A stretch of DNA of 32,966 nt. Source: a virus. Its lineage: Duplodnaviria > Caudoviricetes. The DNA lies in IMG/VR virus record IMGVR_UViG_3300033995_000182, positions 1 through 32,966 of that record. One strand, written 5' to 3'. Position 1 is the stretch's first letter, and every line of letters begins with the position of its first letter. The notes below the pieces were generated by a model. The model was given only the letters and a program-made list of their open reading frames with translations, was not told the DNA's origin and ran no database searches. Shown here one piece after another: positions 1-5,662 of this stretch. A program made the translations under genes and the position numbers.

Positions 1-12
1 GGGAAAGAATAT

Positions 13-88
13 ACCAGGGTAGCTCAGCGGTAGAGCGGGAGGCTCATAACCTCAAGGTCGGTGGTTCAAATCCACCCCTCTGGTACCA
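13..88 (+). tRNA. tRNA-CAT (elongator Met or Ile2)
   Basis: Acceptor ACCAGGG/CTCTGGT-A-CCA, D arm GCTC/GAGC, anticodon loop CT-CAT-AA, T loop TTCAAAT. Lacks initiator hallmarks. Confidence 0.93.
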
Positions 89-93
89 AGTTC

Positions 94-126
94 GGGGGAT
101 TAGCTCATCTGGGAGAGCGCCTGCTT
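94..126 (+). pseudogene. 5' half of a disrupted tRNA-Ala
   Basis: GGGGGATTAGCTCATCTGGGAGAGCGCCTGCTT is a typical tRNA-Ala 5' half (acceptor strand, D arm, 5' anticodon stem). It stops right before the anticodon and runs into TATAAATA. Confidence 0.88.
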
Positions 127-133
127 ATAAATA
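126..133 (+). promoter_or_regulatory. T4-type late promoter for HNH gene 1
   Basis: Exact TATAAATA, followed by AAGGAG SD and ATG at 155. Confidence 0.75.
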
Positions 134-154
134 AACAAAAGGAGATTCATTCTG

Positions 155-712
155 ATGTTTATATGTAAGTTCTGCAAAAAAGAATATAATATGAATGCTG
201 GCGGCATGGTTCATCAAAATCAATGTAAGTTAAATCCTGATAGAGTATCATATCAATTGGGTAGGACTGCTTGGAATAAAGGTAAGACTTCTGATTCGGA
301 TCCAAGAATATCTGCACTTTCTGCTAAAGTTTCTATAGCAATGAGAGGAAAGAAACCAGGAAATTGGAATCCAAACAGAGATAAGTTAAGTCAATATAGA
401 ACAGATTGCACATTTAAATTTTCAGTATATAATTATCCTAAAGAATTTAATCTTTCTTTAATTGAAGAAAGCGGCTGGTATAAAGCCAAAAATCGAGGTG
501 ATAATTTATACGGTATATCTAGAGATCATATGATTTCAGTTAAATATGGTTGGGAAAATAATATAGATCCAAAGATCATCTCTCACCCTGCAAATTGCAA
601 ATTAATGATTCATGGAGATAATGTGAGAAAATATTCAAACAATTCTATTTCTTTAGAAGAACTTCTTTATAAAATAGAACAATGGAATTCTAAATACGGG
701 GACGTAAGCTAA
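155..712 (+). CDS. HNH-type homing endonuclease with N-terminal Zn-finger/NUMOD-like DNA-binding region
   Basis: CKFC..H...C N-terminus, AWNKG NUMOD-like motif, C-terminal RDH...HPANC...H..N HNH-like motif. AT-rich. Stop codon lies inside the downstream tRNA-Ala. Confidence 0.75.
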   Translation: MFICKFCKKEYNMNAGGMVHQNQCKLNPDRVSYQLGRTAWNKGKTSDSDPRISALSAKVSIAMRGKKPGNWNPNRDKLSQYRTDCTFKFSVYNYPKEFNLSLIEESGWYKAKNRGDNLYGISRDHMISVKYGWENNIDPKIISHPANCKLMIHGDNVRKYSNNSISLEELLYKIEQWNSKYGDVS

Positions 713-771
713 CGGGAAACTGGCGCCTTTGCAAGGCGCACTTGAGGGTTCGATTCCCTCCGTCTCCACCA
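698..771 (+). tRNA. tRNA-Ala(TGC), replacement copy
   Basis: Acceptor GGGGACG/CGTCTCC-A-CCA with G3:U70, anticodon stem GCGCC/GGCGC with loop TT-TGC-AA, T arm GAGGG-TTCGATT-CCCTC. D arm is weak. Confidence 0.9.
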
Positions 772-775
772 GTTC

Positions 776-809
776 GAGGTGGTCGGTTCGAGTCCGACAT
801 TCTCCACCA
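776..809 (+). pseudogene. 3' half of the disrupted tRNA-Ala
   Basis: G-AGGTG-GTCGG-TTCGAGT-CCGAC-ATTCTCC-ACCA. ATTCTCC pairs with GGGGGAT at 94-100, including G3:U70. Confidence 0.88.
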
Positions 810-811
810 AA

Positions 812-876
812 ATTCGACGTCGCTTGCGGGAGCCACTGCGCCGGATCATGGCCGGTTCGACACCGGGACGTCGAAT
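812..876 (+). ncRNA. tRNA-like element lacking a normal anticodon arm and CCA
   Basis: 10-bp closing stem ATTCGACGTC/GACGTCGAAT, D-like hairpin GCTT-GCGG-GAGC, T-like arm CCGG-TTCGACA-CCGG. Confidence 0.45.
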
Positions 877-884
877 ACTTAAAT

Positions 885-960
885 GCCTCGGTAGCTCAGT
901 TGGTAGAGCATCGGTTTGAAGAACCGAGTGTCGGCGGTTCGACCCCGTCCCGAGGCACCA
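885..960 (+). tRNA. tRNA-Phe(GAA)
   Basis: Acceptor GCCTCGG/CCGAGGC-A-CCA, anticodon stem TCGGT/ACCGA with loop TT-GAA-GA. Confidence 0.95.
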
Positions 961-975
961 TTTTAAGGGTTATTC

Positions 976-1680
976 ATGAAAGATAAACTGTCTATTGTTA
1001 TTCCTTGTAAAAACGAGGAAAATTATATCTCATGGCTTCTTGAAAATCTTAAAATTCAAGAAGGCATTGAAGATGTTAAGATATATATAGCAGATGCATC
1101 AACAGATTCAACTCGAAGTGTAATTAAGAAAAATAGTAAGGACTTAAATATAAGTATCATTGAAGGTGGTCCAGTATCGACTGCTAAAAATAATGGTGCA
1201 AAACTTGTAACAACGCCTTATATTCTTTTTATTGATTCTGATGTTAGGTTCTTTCAAAAGACAGTTATTAAAGATACTGTAAAACTTTTGGAAGAAAATA
1301 ATCTAGATCTTATCGGTCTAAAGATCAAATGTTATGATGATTCCATAAGAACATCTTTAGGATTTATGTTGTTTAATGTTATCAATAAGATCCTATCTTA
1401 TTGGTGTCCTTTTGCTGTTGGGGCGTATATGCTGACTAGAACAGATAAGTTTAATAAACTAGGCGGGTTTCCTGCTAAATATGCTACATCTGAAGATTTC
1501 TTCCTATCCAAGAAATACAAACCTAACAAGTTTATGATCGCTGATCATTACTTTGGTCAAGATAGTCGTAGATTTAAGAAAATGGGTTATCTAGGTATGA
1601 GTTGGTATTTGATTAAAAACTTCCTAAATAGAAACAACGAAAAACATTGGAAGAATATAGATGGCAAAAAATACTGGTAA
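976..1680 (+). CDS. Family 2 glycosyltransferase
   Basis: LSIVIPCKNEE start, DASTDST, A.NNGA, FIDSD (DxD) and SED motifs. Confidence 0.9.
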   Translation: MKDKLSIVIPCKNEENYISWLLENLKIQEGIEDVKIYIADASTDSTRSVIKKNSKDLNISIIEGGPVSTAKNNGAKLVTTPYILFIDSDVRFFQKTVIKDTVKLLEENNLDLIGLKIKCYDDSIRTSLGFMLFNVINKILSYWCPFAVGAYMLTRTDKFNKLGGFPAKYATSEDFFLSKKYKPNKFMIADHYFGQDSRRFKKMGYLGMSWYLIKNFLNRNNEKHWKNIDGKKYW

Positions 1681-2410
1681 ATATAAATCGGTTTTCATCT
1701 CTGATCTGCATCTTGGTTCTAAGCACTGCAACTCCGAAGAACTCTTGACATTCCTATCTAAAATCCAGACAGATAAATTATATCTGGTGGGAGACATTCT
1801 GGATATGTGGCGTTTAAAAAAGAAGTGGTATTGGCCTAAGGCACACAATCAGATCTTAAGAAAGATTCTCAAGATATCTGAGAAGACTGAAGTCGTATAT
1901 GTTACCGGCAATCATGATGAGATATTTAGAAGTTTTCCAAATATTAGGATCGGACGAATATCAGTTGAACATCGATGCGTATATATAGGATTAGATGGTA
2001 AACGGTATCTTGTGATTCATGGTGACCTATTTGATAACCTAATGAGAACAAAAACAGGTCGCATGATTATGCATCTCGGAGACTTTGCATACGACTCATT
2101 GATTTATATCAATAAAATCATCAATGCAGCCCGTAGAATGTTGAGAATGCAACCTTGGAGTTTGGCTAAATACTTAAAGCGTAGAGCTAAGTTGGCAGCA
2201 AACTATATCGGTGATTTTGAAAAAGAAATGACTCTCTACTGTCAGAAAAAAGGTTATGATGGTATTATATGTGGTCATATCCATCATGCAGAGATTACGT
2301 CGTATGACGGTATTGTCTATATGAATGATGGTGACTGGTGTGAAAGTTGTACTGCACTTGTAGAAACAGTGGACGGCATTTGGAAGATTATTAAAACATC
2401 AGATTTATAA
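1661..2410 (+). CDS. Calcineurin-like metallophosphoesterase, LpxH2/PlcP (UDP-2,3-diacylglucosamine hydrolase-like) family
   Basis: SDLHLG, GDILD, GNHD, HGD, CGHIH and NDGDWCESCTALVE motifs. Confidence 0.88.
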   Translation: MAKNTGKYKSVFISDLHLGSKHCNSEELLTFLSKIQTDKLYLVGDILDMWRLKKKWYWPKAHNQILRKILKISEKTEVVYVTGNHDEIFRSFPNIRIGRISVEHRCVYIGLDGKRYLVIHGDLFDNLMRTKTGRMIMHLGDFAYDSLIYINKIINAARRMLRMQPWSLAKYLKRRAKLAANYIGDFEKEMTLYCQKKGYDGIICGHIHHAEITSYDGIVYMNDGDWCESCTALVETVDGIWKIIKTSDL

Positions 2411-2411
2411 T

Positions 2412-2488
2412 GCCCGTGTAGTCCAATTGGTAGAGGCGCCTGGTTTAGGTCCAGGATGTTGGGGGTTCGAGTCCCTCCACGGGTACCA
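2412..2488 (+). tRNA. tRNA-Leu(TAG) with short variable loop
   Basis: Acceptor GCCCGTG/CACGGGT-A-CCA, anticodon stem CCTGG/CCAGG with loop TT-TAG-GT, variable region only ATGTT. Confidence 0.88.
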
Positions 2489-2496
2489 AGTTTAAT

Positions 2497-2521
2497 GCCC
2501 GATTAGCTCAGCGGTAGAGCA
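2497..2521 (+). pseudogene. 5' fragment of a disrupted tRNA (probably Val)
   Basis: GCCCGAT-TA-GCTC-AGCGGTA-GAGC-A is an acceptor strand plus complete D arm, followed abruptly by AT-rich TTATAAATTTATAAATA. Confidence 0.85.
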
Positions 2522-2530
2522 TTATAAATT

Positions 2531-2538
2531 TATAAATA
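2531..2538 (+). promoter_or_regulatory. T4-type late promoter for HNH gene 2
   Basis: Exact TATAAATA, followed by TAAGGAG SD and ATG at 2566. Confidence 0.75.
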
Positions 2539-2565
2539 ACTTAGTAATTGAGCTAAGGAGTTTAT

Positions 2566-3093
2566 ATGCATAAGTGTGAAACATGTGACAAAGAATTTGA
2601 TAGTCATCGCAAACTAAATGGGCATAAAAGCGTACATCGTGAAGGTGGAAGGTATTCTGTTTCACGTAGAACTAAAGAATCCATATCGTGTCCAAACTGT
2701 AAAACTTTGACATTTAATGCTAAATATTGTAGTAATAAATGTCAACATGAACATGAATGGAAAGAACGGTTTAATCAAATACAATCCGGTGAAGTTCTCG
2801 CTGAACAACATATGAAACGTTATTTGTTTGAAACGCGCGGTGAATGTTGTGCGGAGTGTGGTATAGGTTCTGAATGGAATAATAAACCTCTTACTTTGCA
2901 GATGGATCATATAGATGGAAATAGTGATAATAATTTACTAGACAATTTACAAATTCTGTGTCCTAATTGCCATACACAGACACATACATGGTGTGGTAGA
3001 AATAAGAAGAATACTAAACGCAATAAGTATAATAGAATTTATAGATCACGGGTCCTTAACTCAGTTGGTAGAGTGCATCCTTTACACGGATGA
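2566..3093 (+). CDS. HNH homing endonuclease with C2H2 zinc finger
   Basis: CETC...H...H zinc finger, CPNC/YCSNKC, CAECG...LQMDHIDGNSDNNLLDNLQILCPNCH canonical HNH. Stop TGA lies inside tRNA-Val. Confidence 0.9.
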   Translation: MHKCETCDKEFDSHRKLNGHKSVHREGGRYSVSRRTKESISCPNCKTLTFNAKYCSNKCQHEHEWKERFNQIQSGEVLAEQHMKRYLFETRGECCAECGIGSEWNNKPLTLQMDHIDGNSDNNLLDNLQILCPNCHTQTHTWCGRNKKNTKRNKYNRIYRSRVLNSVGRVHPLHG

Positions 3094-3125
3094 AGTCGGC
3101 GGTTCGAACCCGTCAGGACCTACCA
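3050..3125 (+). tRNA. tRNA-Val(TAC), replacement copy
   Basis: Acceptor GGGTCCT/AGGACCT-A-CCA, anticodon stem CATCC/GGATG with loop TT-TAC-AC, T arm GGCGG-TTCGAAC-CCGTC. Confidence 0.95.
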
Positions 3126-3132
3126 TATTTCC

Positions 3133-3164
3133 GGTCGGCGGTTCAATCCCGTCATCGGGTACCA
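3133..3164 (+). pseudogene. 3' fragment of the disrupted tRNA
   Basis: GGTC-GGCGG-TTCAATC-CCGTC-ATCGGGT-ACCA. ATCGGGT pairs over all 7 bp with GCCCGAT at 2497-2503. Confidence 0.87.
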
Positions 3165-3167
3165 GTT

Positions 3168-3305
3168 TTGAGGTAAGGAAAGCACGTTAGGGGGACGGAT
3201 CGGGCCGCAACCGACTTGCTCTATAGTGACCGACTGATCATCGGTAAAAGGAGAATGGGAGTCGTCGGTGGTTTTTCCGGACGGCGGATACCTCACCTGC
3301 CTCAA
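3168..3305 (+). ncRNA. Candidate structured ncRNA (~138 nt) in the tRNA array
   Basis: Closing stem TTGAGGTA-A-GG/CCTGCCTCAA; internal hairpins TCGG/CCGA, ACCGA/TCGGT, GTCGTC/GACGGC. GC-rich, no credible ORF. Confidence 0.55.
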
Positions 3306-3314
3306 TTTGATTAT

Positions 3315-3391
3315 ACTCTCGTAGCTCAACTGGATAGAGCGCTCGCCTACGAAGCGAAAGGTTACAGGTTCGAGTCCTGTTGAGAGTGCCA
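3315..3391 (+). tRNA. tRNA-Arg(ACG)
   Basis: Acceptor ACTCTCG/TGAGAGT-G-CCA, anticodon loop CT-ACG-AA. Confidence 0.93.
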
Positions 3392-3411
3392 TTTTATGAA
3401 GGAGAATAACT

Positions 3412-3606
3412 ATGCCACTTAAGACTGAAGTTCATATCGGTGAATATGTACGTGATGAAGATACCGGTCCTGGTGAGTCTTCATTGAATGGCAATATCCA
3501 TTTTGATTGCCAAGGTGTAACACCTAATGAAAAACAAAAGATTCGTGATATCTTGGATCGGTTCTATAAAGAAATTCGTACAGAGCTAAAAACTATTGTA
3601 CAATAA
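3412..3606 (+). CDS. Hypothetical protein (64 aa)
   Basis: AAGGAG SD; fills the gap between tRNA-Arg and tRNA-Asn. Confidence 0.7.
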   Translation: MPLKTEVHIGEYVRDEDTGPGESSLNGNIHFDCQGVTPNEKQKIRDILDRFYKEIRTELKTIVQ

Positions 3607-3642
3607 TTGATATATAGTATATACTAAGAATATAAGAGTTAT

Positions 3643-3717
3643 TTCCTCGTAGCTCAGTGGTAGAGCAGACGACTGTTAATCGTCCGGTCATTCGTTCGAA
3701 TCGAATCGAGGAAGCCA
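3643..3717 (+). tRNA. tRNA-Asn(GTT)
   Basis: Acceptor TTCCTCG/CGAGGAA-G-CCA, anticodon stem GACGA/TCGTC with loop CT-GTT-AA. Confidence 0.94.
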
Positions 3718-3719
3718 AT

Positions 3720-3840
3720 AGCGTGCGGTGCACGGGTCCTTAGCAAGACGTTAAACTGCTAGATAATCTCTGGAAGGGGCGCCGATGCATCGGGTCATGT
3801 TCCAAGGCGCAACATGTCGGGACTTATTCTCTCGCACGCT
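3720..3840 (+). ncRNA. Candidate structured ncRNA (~121 nt)
   Basis: Closing stem AGCGTGCG/CGCACGCT; inner GTCC/GGAC, TAGCA/TGCTA, CCGAT/ATCGG and CATGTT/AACATG helices. Confidence 0.6.
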
Positions 3841-3851
3841 GAACCAGAAAT

Positions 3852-4152
3852 ATCTCGTGTGGTATCCTACCATCACACGGTCTTATAAGGGGTAGGATAT
3901 GAATCTAGTTGTCCGTCGGCTAGAGACGAGATTAATGTGGAGACTCTTATGGGTAAAGCATAGGGCGGACCGTTTTCATAGATCTGGGTCGACGGACCTG
4001 GTAAGAAGTGTGACTGAACTATCCTCTGTCGATGGGGATAAGGTAGACTCGGTGGGCGGTCCCCTCCCTAACCAGGAACGAGTCGTGGGTTGAGAATTAC
4101 ATAGTAATTGACTGGACCTTGGAGGTATAACTGAATCCTCCCACTTCGCTTA
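3852..4152 (+). ncRNA. Candidate large ornate ncRNA (~300 nt) with pseudoknots
   Basis: At least nine complementary pairs, including crossing long-range ones (see findings). No ORF with an SD. Confidence 0.6.
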
Positions 4153-4169
4153 TTCAAGAGGATTATATC

Positions 4170-4319
4170 ATGTGGCGCATTTGGGCTAAAGCCTTAGGTG
4201 AGAAGGCAACTCCTTGTGATCGCGAATCTGACAGAGTCGCTTTGATCCGGACGTTGTTCATTGTACAGGCTGTTATAGCAAATGTGTTTCTTGTTGCAAA
4301 TGCAATTCATCATTGGTAG
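4170..4319 (+). CDS. Small membrane protein MWRIWAKALGEK...IHHW (49 aa)
   Basis: GAGGA SD, hydrophobic C-half. Resembles a small protein type I recall from T4-like aquatic phages. Below the ORF-track cutoff. Confidence 0.75.
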   Translation: MWRIWAKALGEKATPCDRESDRVALIRTLFIVQAVIANVFLVANAIHHW

Positions 4320-4330
4320 GAGATTTTATC

Positions 4331-4507
4331 ATGGCTAAAAAGCAACTAATCGCTGGAACAGTCGGCATTGCTGTGGTGGGTATCCTATCATACCTTGGGT
4401 ACCGGATGTTCAAGGAAATTAACGATCTAGACATGATAGATTTCATGGGAGAGAACGTTGATGATGTATACCACTATCGTACACCAAAAAGTGGCCATAG
4501 AGGCTAA
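4331..4507 (+). CDS. Hypothetical protein with N-terminal TM helix
   Basis: AGGAG SD before ATG 4331; LIAGTVGIAVVGILSYLGY helix. Confidence 0.7.
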   Translation: MAKKQLIAGTVGIAVVGILSYLGYRMFKEINDLDMIDFMGENVDDVYHYRTPKSGHRG

Positions 4508-4525
4508 CATATCGAGCGTTGAAAA

Positions 4526-4557
4526 AAAATGCGGCTGGGTGATCCTGGCCGCATTTT
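4526..4557 (+). terminator. Stem-loop/terminator immediately upstream of an early promoter
   Basis: AAAATGCGGC...GCCGCATTTT inverted repeat. Confidence 0.65.
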
Positions 4558-4561
4558 AGTA

Positions 4562-4590
4562 TGTACATATTATCAAAACTGTCGTAGTAT
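4562..4590 (+). promoter_or_regulatory. Early promoter
   Basis: TGTACA-N17-TAGTAT. Confidence 0.75.
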
Positions 4591-4614
4591 GAATAATAAC
4601 GAATGGAGATTGAC

Positions 4615-4935
4615 ATGATCAAGGTTTACCAAATCCAGCTTACCGATGCAGAATTTTGGATGATCAACAGCGGCGAAACCAGTCCGAAGATCAAGGCATA
4701 CTTTGATCGTTCGTTCGACTCGATGTTCAAGGCTGAGAACTTTCAGTACTACACCCGTGTTGCTGACGTTTATGCCAATGATATGGAAGATGCCTTCCGT
4801 CTGATGAACCTCTGGGAACAGCCTGAGTTGGTCGTTAAGCTTGGTCGTTGCTCTTCGATGTCGGTTGGTGATATCGTTGAGATGGATAACGGCGAACGCT
4901 ATCGTTGCGCTTCGTTTGGCTTTGAGGAGATTTGA
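4615..4935 (+). CDS. Hypothetical protein, YodL-like motif
   Basis: GGAG SD; KVYQI start and SMSVGDIV motif. Confidence 0.7.
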   Translation: MIKVYQIQLTDAEFWMINSGETSPKIKAYFDRSFDSMFKAENFQYYTRVADVYANDMEDAFRLMNLWEQPELVVKLGRCSSMSVGDIVEMDNGERYRCASFGFEEI

Positions 4936-4950
4936 TGCATAAATAACTGT

Positions 4951-5238
4951 ATGGGTTACGATACTATATTCAAACTTATTGGTGATGTCGGATTCCCCAT
5001 CGCAGCAGCATTGCTCGGTGGGGTTTTTGTTTATTTTGTCATCAATTACATTCTCGATAGCGTCGTTAAGGCAATCAAGGGAATGCAAGGTATTATTATG
5101 GGACTTGACAACAGAGTCAAGACAATGAACCATGATATAATCCGGGTGGATGCAGTTGTAAGTTCAGCTTTAGGTCTTAAACCAGACCTAGACCGAATCG
5201 CACGAGCAGACGGGAAGAACGATGCTCGGAGGGACTGA
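4951..5238 (+). CDS. Small membrane protein (GFPI motif, holin-like)
   Basis: IGDVGFPIAAA TM helix then amphipathic/coiled tail. Preceded by late-like CATAAATA at 4938-4945. Confidence 0.75.
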   Translation: MGYDTIFKLIGDVGFPIAAALLGGVFVYFVINYILDSVVKAIKGMQGIIMGLDNRVKTMNHDIIRVDAVVSSALGLKPDLDRIARADGKNDARRD

Positions 5239-5501
5239 TGGATTTGCAGTTAATTACGGGGTTCGTAAAGCTTTACGGATTCCCTATCGTTGCCGCTGTC
5301 GGCATGGGCTACTTCGTGTGGTTCATCTATAAATTTGTCACCGATAGACTGATGCCACTGATAGGCGAAACCAATGTCATTCTGATTGCATTGATCGATC
5401 GTGTCCGCATGCTGGACAACGATCTCATTCGGTTGAACCAGAAGGTTATCGTCGTGTTGCAGATCAAGGAGGATCACAGTGATTATAAGTCTAAAGATTG
5501 A
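5238..5501 (+). CDS. Small membrane protein, paralog of the upstream gene
   Basis: YGFPIVAAVGMGYFVWF helix; DRVRMLDNDLIRL aligns with DNRVKTMNHDIIRV. TGATG coupling. Confidence 0.75.
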   Translation: MDLQLITGFVKLYGFPIVAAVGMGYFVWFIYKFVTDRLMPLIGETNVILIALIDRVRMLDNDLIRLNQKVIVVLQIKEDHSDYKSKD

Positions 5502-5604
5502 AATTCTTAAGGTTTTCAAACTCGAGTTCGAGATGGGTGGTTTTGATAAGATTCTGAAGAAGAAGGAATCTACGGCCGATACCGACGGACCGAAGGCAAA
5601 ATAG
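5479..5604 (+). CDS. Small hypothetical protein (41 aa, GTG start)
   Basis: GGAGG SD; fills the gap to the next promoter. Confidence 0.4.
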   Translation: MIISLKIEILKVFKLEFEMGGFDKILKKKESTADTDGPKAK

Positions 5605-5627
5605 TTTCCATCACCGCAAATTAGTTG

Positions 5628-5656
5628 TGTACAATAATCCCAAAGCATGATAGGGT
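5628..5656 (+). promoter_or_regulatory. Early promoter
   Basis: TAGTTG-TGTACA-N17-TAGGGT. Confidence 0.65.
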
Positions 5657-5662
5657 TAACCT

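Noticed and set aside
127-775. Group I intron or other spliced tRNA intron explaining the split tRNAs
   Set aside because: The insert is almost entirely ORF plus tRNA, with no room for a ribozyme core. The anticodon nucleotides are missing, so splicing could not restore a tRNA.
94-809. tmRNA (GGGG... to ...CTCCACCA with G3:U70)
   Set aside because: The 5' part has a full tRNA-Ala D arm and anticodon stem, and the interior is an HNH ORF with its own SD rather than a tag reading frame.
729-986. ORF-track ORFs 729-986, 2993-3190, 3120-3392 and 3899-4093
   Set aside because: They overlap tRNAs or structured RNA and lack SD sequences; shadow ORFs.
3168-3305. RNase P RNA, suggested by AGGAAAG near the 5' end
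   Set aside because: No GAGGAAAGUCC continuation or matching 3' P4 strand, and too short.
3616-3627. Palindrome TAGTATATACTA before tRNA-Asn
   Set aside because: A single low-complexity AT-rich occurrence with no supporting context.
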